DNA from: Candidatus Hydrogenedentota bacterium
Lineage (GTDB): Bacteria; Hydrogenedentota; Hydrogenedentia; Hydrogenedentales; SLHB01
Length of the DNA stretch: 64,000 nt
Direction of reading: 5' to 3'
NCBI GenBank assembly: GCA_963745075.1
Contig: CAVUWV010000024.1
Span: 384,001 to 448,000 of the forward strand
This document shows, one piece after another, positions 39,727-51,667 of the stretch. The position numbers and the translations under genes were made by a program. Below the pieces are notes generated by a model. The model saw only the letters and a list, made by a program, of their open reading frames with translations, searched no databases and had not been told where the DNA came from. The first letter of the stretch is position 1. The number at the start of each line of letters is the position of its first letter.

Positions 39727-39891
39727 AGAACATCCCCCTTGATCCCCCTTCAAAGGGGGAAAACGCGCAACGCTTTGCGTTGCGCTTGGGGGCAGCTTTG
39801 CATCTTCGCCTCGAAGCAGATGCCGATCCTCAGTCCACAAAATGTGTTTGCCCAATTCCCCCTTTGAAGGGGGATCAAGGGGGATGTTCTT
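39727..39891. repeat. REPIN-like element copy 2 (intergenic)
   Basis: AGAACATCCCCCTTGATCCCCCTTCAAAGGGGGAA ... AATTCCCCCTTTGAAGGGGGATCAAGGGGGATGTTCTT; right arm identical to 16336-16373. Confidence 0.9.
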
Positions 39892-39997
39892 TATCTCTTG
39901 CGAGTGTCCCGATAATACGGCGCCTTACACCCGCAAGCAAAAGAAAAACCGGGGACGAACCTCAAGTCCATCCCCGGTTCCACGGTCAACACAATCG

Positions 39998-41059
39998 CTA
40001 CAACTTAATCAGAATGTTCTTCTTCCTCAGATATAACGCCGTGCCGTAGCAGACGCCATAGACGACGAACCACCCGATCCACAGCCATACCACGCTGAGT
40101 TCCTTTGGCATGAACCGGAATCCGCTTTCGAAGATGCACCATTGGAGCAGGTAGATGAAGAGCGGATTGATACCCAGCGTGGTGAGATGGGGGATGGTGA
40201 TCTTCAACACATCACACACCAGGTAGAATCCCAGCAAATGCAAGAAGCAGATCGACGACGCCCAGAATGCGTAGGGCATCGTCGTCCAGTTCTTCGAGAA
40301 TGCCCAGTACTCCTTCACATCGCCCCACGGGGCGCGAAGCGCCCAGCCGGCAATGCCGAAGATAAGGGCCCAGCCAAGCAGACCCAGCACGATCTTCTTC
40401 GTATCCCGTGTCATCATGATGTCGTACCCGATGGTGCCTGCAAGCAGCATCATGAGCCAGCTCCAGTGGCCGAGCGGTCCGCCGTTGATGGGGCATTCGA
40501 GCAACGTCGGCCCCATCGGGATTAAATTCCAAATCATCGGAATCGGGTGTTCGTCGCTGTAAAAGCCCGGAACCCGCGCCAACCAGTCGCCGTAGGACGT
40601 CCACGTGAACGACAGTTGGAACAATCCGAGAAACACCAACCCGTACAGCACCCGGACGCTCGGTTTCCGGTCCACGATCCAGATCGCGAGCAGACCGGCA
40701 AGGCCGATATTTGTCAGGGCGTCCCACAAATACCCCGTGTAGAAGAAGAACGCGATCAGGACGAGAAGCAGGTAACGCTTGATAAGACCCTTTCGCGCGT
40801 CGGGGATACCGACCTTCTCCGCACGCCGCTTGAACGACAGCCGCATCCCCATCCCCACCACGAACATGAAGATGGGCGCGATGGTGTCCGCGTACGACAT
40901 CCCGTCGCCACCGCCGGGGTGGTGCAACTGCGACCAGGTGTTGTCGAAGTCGCCGAAGTAATCGACCAACAGCATGCCGAAAATGGCATACCCCCGGAAT
41001 TGGTCGATGGATGAAATTCGTGCCTTGGGTATGACAGGAGTCGCTTTCGCGTCAGACAT
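39998..41059 (-). CDS. HGSNAT-like (DUF5009/DUF1624) membrane acyltransferase
   Basis: RISSIDQFRG..IFGMLLVD, ADTIAP.FMF.VG, K.W.T..Y, G.NPLFIY; multiple TM helices. Confidence 0.8.
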   Translation of the reverse strand: MSDAKATPVIPKARISSIDQFRGYAIFGMLLVDYFGDFDNTWSQLHHPGGGDGMSYADTIAPIFMFVVGMGMRLSFKRRAEKVGIPDARKGLIKRYLLLVLIAFFFYTGYLWDALTNIGLAGLLAIWIVDRKPSVRVLYGLVFLGLFQLSFTWTSYGDWLARVPGFYSDEHPIPMIWNLIPMGPTLLECPINGGPLGHWSWLMMLLAGTIGYDIMMTRDTKKIVLGLLGWALIFGIAGWALRAPWGDVKEYWAFSKNWTTMPYAFWASSICFLHLLGFYLVCDVLKITIPHLTTLGINPLFIYLLQWCIFESGFRFMPKELSVVWLWIGWFVVYGVCYGTALYLRKKNILIKL

Positions 41060-41233
41060 AGTGGATAGTCCTTCCCCAATTCGCTCAGGCAAACGATTCG
41101 TGATGGTACCAAACGAGCGAGACGAATCCAAAGGCTGTAGGCTGTGAGCTGGAGACGCCCGGGCTCGATCGGAGAGCCTTATGAACTGGACGGATCAGCC
41201 CGATCCGACCGATTGGACCCCTCCGTCCGTCCA

Positions 41234-41257
41234 GTCCATCACGTCCATACTGTCCAT
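41234..41257. repeat. Short tandem 9-mer repeat GTCCATnnn (x3)
   Basis: GTCCAT at 41234, 41243, 41252; the same unit occurs x4 at 62121-62153. Confidence 0.65.
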
Positions 41258-41317
41258 CTCTTCTCGACACTCCGGCTACGGTGGGCCAAAGTGTCCCGAG
41301 TCGATGATACGGCCACG

Positions 41318-42055
41318 TTACCCGTTTCCAGATTCCACTGACTCGAGGAAACCGCGAGCCGACGCCGCGATTTGCTGGAGCGCCGCGCCCTCCGCGTCGT
41401 GATACGCCCGGTCCATCGTCTCGCGGAAATTGAGATCGTCCTCCGTCCGCGCTGCCTGCACTTGTTCAAACGCGACCGTCGTAAACGGCACGGTGCCGCT
41501 CCGTACATCCAGTATGGCCGCCTCGACCGTGCAGTACGCCTTCATCTGATCTTCCCGGATGGACCGGTATTTCTCGTACGAACCCGTTTCTACCCGATAC
41601 ACCAGCAAGAGATCTGCCTGAAACCGTGCCGCCGCTTCCCGCAGATACGGCACCCCCAGCCGCTCCGGCACGAGGATGCCCGGTAACGCGGCGGCATACG
41701 CGATACACGGCGACTGCCGTAAGGACTCCAGAAACGCTTCCGTCGTGTCTCGGTCGAGAATGGGGGAGTCCTCGCTCCAATACCGCTGCTGCGTCCCAAC
41801 CTTCATGACCGCCAAGCGAGGCTGGGCCGGCAATACGACTCCCGCCGATAGGATGCGTTCGATATCCTCATTGCTCAACACCGCCTGATCGGACGGAAAC
41901 AGCGACCCCGTCGATTCCTTCGCGCCACCGTAAGCAGGCCGGACGGCATACGGATCGTACGTCGAATAGGCCGGTTTCGTGGACATGCAGCCGGTCGCCG
42001 TCGCGATCGCGAGCCCCACCGCTATGCAAAAGCACACCCCACGCACGCTGATCAT
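41318..42055 (-). CDS. Hypothetical lipoprotein
   Basis: GGAGG RBS; signal peptide with lipobox-like ATGC; alpha/beta domain (LREAAARFQADLLLVY..AAILDVRSG). Confidence 0.7.
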   Translation of the reverse strand: MISVRGVCFCIAVGLAIATATGCMSTKPAYSTYDPYAVRPAYGGAKESTGSLFPSDQAVLSNEDIERILSAGVVLPAQPRLAVMKVGTQQRYWSEDSPILDRDTTEAFLESLRQSPCIAYAAALPGILVPERLGVPYLREAAARFQADLLLVYRVETGSYEKYRSIREDQMKAYCTVEAAILDVRSGTVPFTTVAFEQVQAARTEDDLNFRETMDRAYHDAEGAALQQIAASARGFLESVESGNG

Positions 42056-42283
42056 AGAAATACCCTCCTCCAGCAGCCCCTGCGGCTCCCGGCATACAAT
42101 GATAATGCTCAGTGGAGACAAAGGGTTGCACGGAATTACAACGCAAATTGTTTCACGTAGTTTCAGGCGCGCAGTACCGCGCTCGAAGTGCCTGAGTACC
42201 AGGCTGGAGAGCGACAAGCGAGTTTTGCCGTCAGAGTACCGTACTGCTAAACTTGTCATTGCCTGGTCCACGGAGATCGATCC

Positions 42284-43123
42284 ATGTTTCGACTCGCGAC
42301 TCCATTCATCTTGTCCATTCCTATCGTGATTTACGCACCTGTCGCCCAAGCCTGCACGATCTTCATGGCCGAGGGCGATGGCGTCGTTCTCGCAGGTAAC
42401 AACGAAGACTACTACCTCGACGTAACGTCCATGATGTGGGTGACGAAGGGTAAGAAGGGCGAGCACGGCCGCGTCTGTTTCGGGTTTAAACGAAAACCAT
42501 TCTCCCGGTTCGCGCAAGGCGGTATGAATGACGCCGGTCTATTCTTCGACGCGGCCGTGACCCCCCGCGGTCCGGAACCCGTCGGCGATGGTAAGGCAAA
42601 GGCCCCTTCCAACATGGGGGACCGTATGTTGGCGGAGTGCGCAACGGTCTCAGAAGCCGTCGCTTGGCTCGGAAAGTACAAACTGAATCTATTGCGTGCG
42701 TCCCACTTGCTGCTTGCCGACGCAACGGGGGACGCTGCCGTAGTCGAACTGGTGGACGGCGCCATGAAAGTCTTTCCCAAGGAAGGTTCCTATCAAGTCG
42801 TCACAAACTTTGCCTTGGCGAACCCTGGCGCCGGGAACTATCCGTGCATACGATACGCGATGGCGAACCAGGTACTCGGCGCACACCGCGAGGTTTCCAT
42901 TGAACTGGTTCGTAACATCCTTCAAGGCGCCGCGCTCCCCAGGACGCACATCGACGAGGAGAATCGTGACGGCGGCACGCTATACTCCAACGTGTATGAC
43001 CTCACACACCGCATCGTCCACATTTACCGGGAAAGGGAATTTGATGCGCCAATCGCAATAGACCTGCGCGACTATATCAAACGAGGGAGCAAGACGTATC
43101 GGCTCGACGAACTCTCAGAATAA
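42284..43123 (+). CDS. Secreted Ntn hydrolase (choloylglycine hydrolase / peptidase C45-like)
   Basis: Signal peptide ending AQA then CT (N-terminal nucleophile), GNNED, GGMNDAGL, VTNF, TLYSNVYDL. Confidence 0.85.
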   Translation: MFRLATPFILSIPIVIYAPVAQACTIFMAEGDGVVLAGNNEDYYLDVTSMMWVTKGKKGEHGRVCFGFKRKPFSRFAQGGMNDAGLFFDAAVTPRGPEPVGDGKAKAPSNMGDRMLAECATVSEAVAWLGKYKLNLLRASHLLLADATGDAAVVELVDGAMKVFPKEGSYQVVTNFALANPGAGNYPCIRYAMANQVLGAHREVSIELVRNILQGAALPRTHIDEENRDGGTLYSNVYDLTHRIVHIYREREFDAPIAIDLRDYIKRGSKTYRLDELSE

Positions 43124-43134
43124 ATAATCGGGCT

Positions 43135-43827
43135 TCATTCGTGTAGTTCACCACGCCACTTTCGCAAAAACCGCACGTGCTGGACCGTCTTCATGCGGTA
43201 GTTCTTCCACCAAGAGAATCTTTCGCTGGACGTGCTCACGGCGTGATGCACGATACTACCCGGCACCAGCGCATGTTTAATGCCGTGTTTCTTCAGTGTC
43301 ATCGCGTAATCGTGATCTTGATACCAGAATTCAAACTGTTCATCGAACAGTTCGCACTCTTCGACCACGGATCGGTGCATCACCAGGCACCACCCTGCCA
43401 CCTCCCGCGTGCCGCGATGACCCAGGATGTACTCCTTGTCGGGATCGAGGTTACGCGCGGGATGCCATACCGGCTCCCACGGCGAGAAGGACAGGATGTC
43501 CGGATGCTTCTCATGCACACGCATCAGCGCCGAGAACCAGCCCTCCGTAAACTCCACGTCATTGTTGCTTACCACGATCCACTCGTGCCGGCAATTCAAA
43601 AGTCCCAGATTGAGGAACCGATTGTAGCGGAACCGTTCCTTCGGCACGATGAGGTCAACTTCCGGATAGACAAACCCCTGACGGTGAATTCGCCGGTTCG
43701 ATTCCACGAGATGCACCGCAAATCGAAACGAATCCTCGGACCGGCATAGCGTGTCGATGGCGTGACACGTCATCTCATGTATCGCTTCACTCACGGTGTT
43801 GCTCAGCATGATTACATCGACGTGCAT
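43135..43827 (-). CDS. Glycosyltransferase family 2
   Basis: FRYNRFLNLG, SNNDV, FDEQFEFWYQD.D motifs. Confidence 0.8.
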   Translation of the reverse strand: MHVDVIMLSNTVSEAIHEMTCHAIDTLCRSEDSFRFAVHLVESNRRIHRQGFVYPEVDLIVPKERFRYNRFLNLGLLNCRHEWIVVSNNDVEFTEGWFSALMRVHEKHPDILSFSPWEPVWHPARNLDPDKEYILGHRGTREVAGWCLVMHRSVVEECELFDEQFEFWYQDHDYAMTLKKHGIKHALVPGSIVHHAVSTSSERFSWWKNYRMKTVQHVRFLRKWRGELHE

Positions 43828-44096
43828 GCAGGCTGCTCCCTCGTCGTTACAGAACTCGATAGCCGGTCGCAGTATAGCGGAGGCCCTAAACGAATTCCCG
43901 GCATGCCCCCGCCGCCTTGTGTCCGAATCGCGTACCGGTCTCCGTGCGACATTTCGGCGTCAATACCTCGAAAACCGCACGTCATGTTTGACTTTTAAGT
44001 GCTGAAATTGCTAAGGTTCGGCGCTTTCGTGGCAGGTTATTCCATGCGTCTTCTTCCCGCGCGAAACGTACACACGACCCCTGGCAAGGCGGCCCC

Positions 44097-45130
<1,034 letters not shown>

Positions 45131-45134
<4 letters not shown>

Positions 45135-45913
45135 TTCTCGACGACATCTGCGCGCACAAACGGGAAGAGGTGGAGGCCCAACGCAAGAAGGTTCCACTCG
45201 TCGAACTGGAAGAGCGCATCGAACAGCGGCGGAAGCCCCGGGGCTTCCGCGACGCCTTGCGCAAGCCGGGTATCAGTCTCATTGCGGAAGTAAAACGCGC
45301 GTCACCCACCATGGGGACCGTCCTGGCTGATGTCGACCCCGCCGAGTTGGCGGGCGTCTACACCCAAGGAGGTGCGCGCGCTGTGAGCGTGTTGACAGAC
45401 GAACGCTTCTTCAGCGGCTCGCTGAACGACCTCACGTCGGTTCATCAGGCCGTTTCCGTGCCCTGCCTGCGCAAGGAATTCGTCATTGACGAGTATCAGA
45501 TTTACGAAGCGCGCGCCGCTGACGCGGATGCCATTCTGCTGATTGTGCGTATCCTGTCGGACAGCCAATTGACCGAGTACCAGAAGCTGGCCCAATCCCT
45601 CGGCATGGGCGTGCTCGTGGAAACCCACGACGCCGACGAAATCGAACGCGCTATGAAGTGCGGAGCGCATATCATTGGGGTTAATAACCGCGACCTGTCC
45701 ACGTTCACCGTCGACATCAACACTACCCTGGCACTGAAGAAGATGGTGCCGGGAGGATACGTGCTCGTCAGCGAGAGCGGCATCCATACGCGGGAACACG
45801 TACGCCGCCTTGAAGACGGCGGCATCGACGCCATCCTCGTCGGCGAAGCGCTGGTCAAGAGCGGCAACATTACCGCCAAAATTCGCGAATTGTTGGGCAA
45901 CGACGAGCGTTAG
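45131..45913 (+). CDS. trpC: Indole-3-glycerol phosphate synthase
   Basis: IAEVKRASP, SVLTD, GVNNRDL, SESGI, LVGE. Confidence 0.97.
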
Positions 45914-45937
45914 GATGAGTGGGCAGGAGTCTCCGGC

Positions 45938-46576
45938 GTGTCTGACTACGCACCGAAGGTAAAAATTTGCGGTGTCACGACGCGCGACGATGCCCTGGCA
46001 TGCTGTGACGCAGGGGTCGATGCCATCGGCTTCAACTTCGCGCCCGAAGCGAAGAAACGTGGCCGGTATATCGATCCCGACGACGCGTTGGCGATTATCG
46101 ACCAGCTACCACCGTTCGTGTTGAGCGTGGCCGTTTGCGTGAATGAACCGCTGACGCGGATTACGGATTTCTTGTCCTTTGTGGATCGGGTTCAGTTACA
46201 CGGCGAGGAGTCGCCCGAAACCTGCGCGCCCTTCGGGTACCGCGCGATCAAGGTGTTTCGTGCGTCGCCGGAGTTCCGTGTGGAAACAATGTCGCACTAT
46301 CACGTCGGCGCGTATCTCTTGGATGCGTGGGTTCCGGATGCCCGCGGCGGTACCGGCAGGACCGCGGACTGGCAGCTTGCGCGGCAGGCAGTTGAATTGG
46401 GCAAGCCCATCATCCTGGCGGGGGGGCTGACCCCGGCAAACGTGGCCGATGCGGTGCGGCAAGTCCGCCCCTACGGCGTGGACACGGCGGGCGGCGTCGA
46501 ATCGGCGCCCGGAAAGAAAGATCATGCAGCCATTAAAGACTTTGTCCGAAATGCAAAAAGCGTATCCCTATCCTGA
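45938..46576 (+). CDS. trpF: Phosphoribosylanthranilate isomerase
   Basis: KICG, QLHGEE, GGTG, LAGGL.P.NV, GVE..PG.KD. Confidence 0.96.
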   Translation: MSDYAPKVKICGVTTRDDALACCDAGVDAIGFNFAPEAKKRGRYIDPDDALAIIDQLPPFVLSVAVCVNEPLTRITDFLSFVDRVQLHGEESPETCAPFGYRAIKVFRASPEFRVETMSHYHVGAYLLDAWVPDARGGTGRTADWQLARQAVELGKPIILAGGLTPANVADAVRQVRPYGVDTAGGVESAPGKKDHAAIKDFVRNAKSVSLS

Positions 46577-47762
46577 CGAGCGGGGACGCTACGGGCAATT
46601 CGGCGGGCGTTACGTCCCCGAGACGCTCATGCATCCGCTGTTGGAACTCGAACGGGCCTATGCGGAGGCGAAGGAGGACCCCGAGTTCCAGTCGGTCCTT
46701 TTGAAATACCAGGCGGACTACGTGGGCCGTCCCACGCCCCTGTACTTCGCCGCGCGGCTCACCGAACACTTCGGCGGCGCCAAGGTGTACCTCAAGCGCG
46801 AAGACCTTGCCCACACGGGCGCGCACAAGATCAACAACGCCCTGGGGCAGGTGTTGCTCGCCAAACGGATGGGCAAGACTCGCATCATCGCCGAAACCGG
46901 TGCGGGGCAGCACGGCGTCGCCACGGCGACGGCCTGCGCCTTGTTGGGGCTCGACTGCGAAATCTACATGGGCACGGAAGACATGGAGCGTCAGGCGCTG
47001 AACGTCTTCCGCATGCGTCTCCTGGGAAGCAAAGTCACCGCCGTTCCCAACGGTACGCGGACCTTGAAAGACGCCATCAACGAGGCCATGCGCGATTGGG
47101 TCTCGAACGTCGGCGATACCCACTACGTGCTCGGTACGGTCGAAGGCCCCCACCCCTATCCGGTGATTTGCCGCGATTTCCAAAGCATCATCGGACGCGA
47201 AGTCCGCGCGCAGATCATGGAACACGAAAACCGCTTACCCGACCTGCTGATTGCCTGCGTCGGTGGCGGCAGTAACGCCATCGGGCTCTTCTTCGATTTC
47301 ATTCTGGAAGAACAGATCAAAATGATTGGCGTCGAAGCCGGGGGATACGGTCCCGAGACCGGCAAACACGCAGCTCGCTTCGCCGGAGGCGTCGTGGGCA
47401 TGCTGCACGGCGCAATGAGCTACGTGCTCCAGGATACCGACGGCCAGATCATGGGGACCCACAGCGTCTCTGCCGGTCTCGATTATCCCAGCATCGGTCC
47501 CGAGCACGCCTACTGGCGCAGCATCGGCCGCGTCGAATATGCATACGCCAAGGACGACGAGGCCCTGGAAGCCTTCCAACTGATCAGCCGCCTCGAAGGG
47601 ATTATCCCGGCCCTCGAGAGCGCCCACGCCATCGCCCATGCGGCCAAAGTCGTTCCCAAAATGTCCAAGGACGAAATCGTGATCGTCAACATGTCCGGGC
47701 GCGGCGACAAAGACGTGCAGCAGGCCGCCCGGTTCATTCTGGGCGAGGAGGAAAAGTCGTGA
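46551..47762 (+). CDS. trpB: Tryptophan synthase beta chain
   Basis: [17 protein letters not shown] (PLP Lys), [21 protein letters not shown]. Confidence 0.98.
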   Translation: MQKAYPYPDERGRYGQFGGRYVPETLMHPLLELERAYAEAKEDPEFQSVLLKYQADYVGRPTPLYFAARLTEHFGGAKVYLKREDLAHTGAHKINNALGQVLLAKRMGKTRIIAETGAGQHGVATATACALLGLDCEIYMGTEDMERQALNVFRMRLLGSKVTAVPNGTRTLKDAINEAMRDWVSNVGDTHYVLGTVEGPHPYPVICRDFQSIIGREVRAQIMEHENRLPDLLIACVGGGSNAIGLFFDFILEEQIKMIGVEAGGYGPETGKHAARFAGGVVGMLHGAMSYVLQDTDGQIMGTHSVSAGLDYPSIGPEHAYWRSIGRVEYAYAKDDEALEAFQLISRLEGIIPALESAHAIAHAAKVVPKMSKDEIVIVNMSGRGDKDVQQAARFILGEEEKS

Positions 47763-48577
47763 ACCGTATCGACGCCCGATTCAAATGGTTGGCCGAACAA
47801 GGGCACTCCGCCTTCATTCCCTACATCACAGCCGGCGATCCGACCCTGGACATGACCGCCAAGGTCGTGCTCGAATTGGAAAAGGCCGGCGCCGATGTGA
47901 TCGAATTGGGCATTCCCTTCTCCGACCCCATCGCGGACGGCGTCGTGAACCAGGAGGCCGCATTTCGAGCGCTCAAACACCATGTCAGCCTGCACGACGT
48001 GGTGAAGATGGTCGGGGACCTGCGGAAATCCACCGAGATTCCCTTGCTGCTCTTCACGTATTACAATCCCGTGCTGGCCTACGGCGTTGAAGCCTTTGCC
48101 AAGGATTGCAGAGCGGCTGGAGTCGACGGCGTCTTGTGCGTGGACCTGCCTCCAGAGGAAGATACCGCGTATAAGCGCTGCCTCGACGAAGCGGGCATCG
48201 CGACCGTGTTTCTCATCGCCCCGACCAGCACGGACGACCGCATCGAACTGCTGGCCAAGAGTTCGACCGGCTTCGTCTACTACGTGTCCCGTACCGGCGT
48301 AACCGGAGTCCGTGCCGCCATGGAAACGAGCGTCAAAGGCATGGTCGACAGGATCAAGCAACATACAAAGACGCCCGTCGCCGTCGGGTTCGGCATCTCG
48401 AAACCGGAACACGCTGCCGAAGTGGCCGGGTACGCCGACGGCGTTATCGTAGGCAGCGCCATCGTCCGGATGATAGGGGAGTTGGGGGAGTCGCCGAACA
48501 TGCCGGAGAAGGTGGGGGCCTTCGTGAAGTCCCTCGCGGATGCAACCAAGTCGGGAAAGGCAAAGGCACCTGCTTGA
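47759..48577 (+). CDS. trpA: Tryptophan synthase alpha chain
   Basis: [26 protein letters not shown]. Confidence 0.97.
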   Translation: MNRIDARFKWLAEQGHSAFIPYITAGDPTLDMTAKVVLELEKAGADVIELGIPFSDPIADGVVNQEAAFRALKHHVSLHDVVKMVGDLRKSTEIPLLLFTYYNPVLAYGVEAFAKDCRAAGVDGVLCVDLPPEEDTAYKRCLDEAGIATVFLIAPTSTDDRIELLAKSSTGFVYYVSRTGVTGVRAAMETSVKGMVDRIKQHTKTPVAVGFGISKPEHAAEVAGYADGVIVGSAIVRMIGELGESPNMPEKVGAFVKSLADATKSGKAKAPA

Positions 48578-48608
48578 GGTGCGGCTCAAGCACTTCATTG
48601 GGGAAAAC

Positions 48609-49484
48609 ATGAACACAAACGATCTCGACCTCCAAACGCTGGATACGCTGTTCTACATCGTCTCCTTTGTCACGGGCGCCATGGTGGGCAGCTTCCTGAA
48701 CGTCTGCGTGTACCGTCTCCCGGCCGGCTTGTCCGTGGTGTCGCCGCGCTCGCGGTGTCCGAAATGCGAATCGCCCATCGCCTGGTACGACAACATCCCG
48801 ATGGTGAGCTGGTTGCTGCTGGGCGCAAAATGCCGCAACTGCAAAGCGCCCATCAGTTGGCAGTATCCGCTCGTCGAAGGCATTACCGCGCTCTTGTTTC
48901 TTGCTGTCTATTGGCGGTTCGGCCTTCATCTGGCAACCCCCATTTACATGCTCCTGGCCGCCTCCATGGTCCTGGTGACGTTCGTCGACCTCACCGACTG
49001 GACGATCCCGAATGAAGTGACGCTCCCCGGCATTCCCATTGGCGTCGTTTGCGCCCTCCTCGCCATGTTCTATCCCCATAGCGGTCTTTTCGTGTTAGGC
49101 GGTTTCGATCCCATCTTCAATTCGTTGATCGGGCTCTTCGTGGGCGGCGGCATTCTGTATGCCCTCGACAAAATCACCATGATCGTCCTGAAAAAACGCG
49201 GTATGGGATTCGGCGACGTAAAACTGCTCGCCATGTTGGGCGCATTCTTCGGATACCCCGGTGTTATCCTTATCATCATGATCGCATCGCTCATCGGTAG
49301 CGTGGTCGGCATTGCGATGGTCGCCGCGCAGCGCGGCCAGAAGAGTCTCGAAACCGAGGAGGGCGAGCAGACCGGCCATTACCTGCCGTTCGGCCCGTAT
49401 CTCGCCCTCGGCGGCGTCCTGGTGATGTTGTTCGGGCTCGACATTTACAACTGGTACTTCAGCTATTTCAGTCTGACGCAGTAA
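48609..49484 (+). CDS. pilD: Prepilin peptidase / N-methyltransferase
   Basis: GSFLNV..YRLP, CPKC..CRNC zinc site, GMGFGDVKL, PFGP.L. Confidence 0.95.
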   Translation: MNTNDLDLQTLDTLFYIVSFVTGAMVGSFLNVCVYRLPAGLSVVSPRSRCPKCESPIAWYDNIPMVSWLLLGAKCRNCKAPISWQYPLVEGITALLFLAVYWRFGLHLATPIYMLLAASMVLVTFVDLTDWTIPNEVTLPGIPIGVVCALLAMFYPHSGLFVLGGFDPIFNSLIGLFVGGGILYALDKITMIVLKKRGMGFGDVKLLAMLGAFFGYPGVILIIMIASLIGSVVGIAMVAAQRGQKSLETEEGEQTGHYLPFGPYLALGGVLVMLFGLDIYNWYFSYFSLTQ

Positions 49485-49499
49485 GAGGAGACTCTAGTC

Positions 49500-50675
49500 T
49501 TGCTACGGTTCTTGACAGCGGGCGAATCCCATGGCCGCGGGGTGTTTTGCATGATGGACGGGTTTCCCGCCGGACTCCGGGTCCAACCCGACGACATCAA
49601 CTTCTGGCTCGCGGAACGTCAAAAAGGTTACGGCCGCGGCGGTCGCCAACGGATCGAGAAAGACGAAGTCGACATGCTCGCAGGCATGCGCGGCGGCATC
49701 ACCTTGGGCGGACCCATCCTCATGGCCGTCTGGAACCGCGACTTCAAAAACTGGACCGATGCCATGGATCCCTGGATGCCGTCGAAAGGGTCCCGCGCTA
49801 CGAAAATCGTCGAACCCCGCCCCGGCCACGCGGACCTGGTCGGCGCGATGAAATATGAACACGACGACTGCCGCAATGTGCTCGAGCGCGCGTCCGCACG
49901 GGAAACCGCCGGTCGCGTGGCGGCAGGAGCGCTGTGCCGGAAACTCCTCGCCGAGTTCGGCGTCGACATGGCCGCCCACGTCACCCGCATCGGAAACGTG
50001 GCGGCGAAGACCGATAAGGTCGCATCGGAAGACATCCACAAATTATCCATGAAGTCTCCGGTACGATGCTGCGACAAAGCGGCCGGCGCGAAGATGATCG
50101 ACGCCATCAAAAAGGCCAAGCGGGAAAAGGACTCCCTCGGCGGGGAAGTCGAAGTCCGCGCATGGGGTCTGCCGCCCGGCGTCGGCACCTTCGTGCAGTG
50201 GGATCGCAAGCTCGACGCCCGGATCGCACAGGCCATGTTGAGCATTCAGGCGGTCAAAGGCGTCGACGTGGGCATCGGCTTTCGCGGCGCCTCCCGTCCC
50301 GGAAGCAAGTACCACGACGAGATCGTGTTTTCCGATGAAGAACGCATTGGCGGGCACTACCGACGCCTGAGCAACAACCTCGGCGGCACCGAAGGCAGCA
50401 TGACCACCGGCGAAGACTTGGTGGTCCGCGTTGCCAAGAAACCCATTTCCACCCTCATGAAGCCGCTCCGCAGTGTCAACATGGAGACCCGCGAACCGGC
50501 CCTCGCCGTGCTCGAACGCAGCGACACCTGCGCCGTTCCCGCGTTGGCCATCATTGTCGAGTGCGCGCTCGCCATCGTCCTGGCGGAATTCTTTATCGAA
50601 AAATTCGGTGGTGACACGGTCAATGAGATGAAGCGCAATTTCGATGCCTACATCGCCTCCGTCAACCAACGATGA
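49500..50675 (+). CDS. aroC: Chorismate synthase
   Basis: TAGESHG, PRPGHAD, ERASARETA, KPIST, RSD.C motifs. Confidence 0.97.
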   Translation: MLRFLTAGESHGRGVFCMMDGFPAGLRVQPDDINFWLAERQKGYGRGGRQRIEKDEVDMLAGMRGGITLGGPILMAVWNRDFKNWTDAMDPWMPSKGSRATKIVEPRPGHADLVGAMKYEHDDCRNVLERASARETAGRVAAGALCRKLLAEFGVDMAAHVTRIGNVAAKTDKVASEDIHKLSMKSPVRCCDKAAGAKMIDAIKKAKREKDSLGGEVEVRAWGLPPGVGTFVQWDRKLDARIAQAMLSIQAVKGVDVGIGFRGASRPGSKYHDEIVFSDEERIGGHYRRLSNNLGGTEGSMTTGEDLVVRVAKKPISTLMKPLRSVNMETREPALAVLERSDTCAVPALAIIVECALAIVLAEFFIEKFGGDTVNEMKRNFDAYIASVNQR

Positions 50676-51667
50676 CGGGGACGCTCGGGACGGCAGACGT
50701 TTTCCCGATCGCCCTGCCTACGCCCTTTCTCGTCGGACCGGTGAACGCCTATCTCGTCCGCGGCGATCGATTGACCCTCATCGATACCGGACCCGCGACG
50801 GACAGCGCCTACGAAACCCTCGTCGCAGGATTGCGCGCGCATCACGTGCAGCCTTCCGATTTGGAAGCCATTCTGGTGACCCACGGTCACGTGGACCACG
50901 TCGGAAATCTCGCGCGATTGGTCGAGGAATCCGGTGCTACCGCCTACGGCCATGACAGCGCCGCCGTACGTCCGGAAGACTGGGATGCAAAAGAGCAACG
51001 GTCCCATGAGTTCATACTTGCTTCGCTGAAGTCTTTCGGTGCTCCCCAGTCCATTCTGGACGCCACCACCCAGACCCGCGCCGGGTTCAAGTCGATGGCA
51101 TCGCATGTGCCCCTGGATCACCTGCTTGAACATGAAGACCGCGCTCTCGAGTTCTCCGTACACCATGTCCCGGGCCACTCCGCGTCGGACACGCTGTATG
51201 TCAACGATGCGAGCGGTATAGCGTTCACCGGCGACCACCTGCTGAGACGCGTCAGCCCGACCCCCTTGCTCCGGGCAGCGGAAGATGGCAAAAGCCGCGC
51301 GCGGAGCCTGCTCGAATATCAGAAATCGCTCGCGTACACGCGGGCGCTCCCTATCACGACCTGCTATCCGGGTCATGGCGAGCCATTCACCAGCCACGCC
51401 GCCGTGATTGACCGGTGGCTGGCCCGCTTGGAAAAGCGTACGGCAAAGGTTTTGGAGTTCCTGAACGATGGGCCGTTGACCCCTATGGACGTCTGCTCGC
51501 GGCTGTATCCCGACCTGAACAGCGAAACCGTGTACATCGGACTGGCCGTTGCCATCGGCCACCTCGACGTCCTCGAAGTCCGGGGCCATGTCACTTGCCA
51601 TCAGACCAACGGTGTTTTACGCTACGAGGTTGTGAAGGAAACCATCGACAAGAGGCAAACACCGTGA
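50672..51667 (+). CDS. MBL-fold metallo-hydrolase
   Basis: LIDTG, THGHVDH (HxHxDH), PGHS, GDH, PGHG. Confidence 0.9.
   Translation: MTGTLGTADVFPIALPTPFLVGPVNAYLVRGDRLTLIDTGPATDSAYETLVAGLRAHHVQPSDLEAILVTHGHVDHVGNLARLVEESGATAYGHDSAAVRPEDWDAKEQRSHEFILASLKSFGAPQSILDATTQTRAGFKSMASHVPLDHLLEHEDRALEFSVHHVPGHSASDTLYVNDASGIAFTGDHLLRRVSPTPLLRAAEDGKSRARSLLEYQKSLAYTRALPITTCYPGHGEPFTSHAAVIDRWLARLEKRTAKVLEFLNDGPLTPMDVCSRLYPDLNSETVYIGLAVAIGHLDVLEVRGHVTCHQTNGVLRYEVVKETIDKRQTP

Noticed and set aside
16208..39891. The 38 bp repeats as a CRISPR array
   Set aside because: Units are inverted pairs at two distant loci, not tandem direct repeats with regular spacers; no cas genes are present.
43830..44096. Trp attenuator or T-box upstream of trpD
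   Set aside because: No Trp-rich leader peptide, T-box motif or terminator/antiterminator pair is visible.
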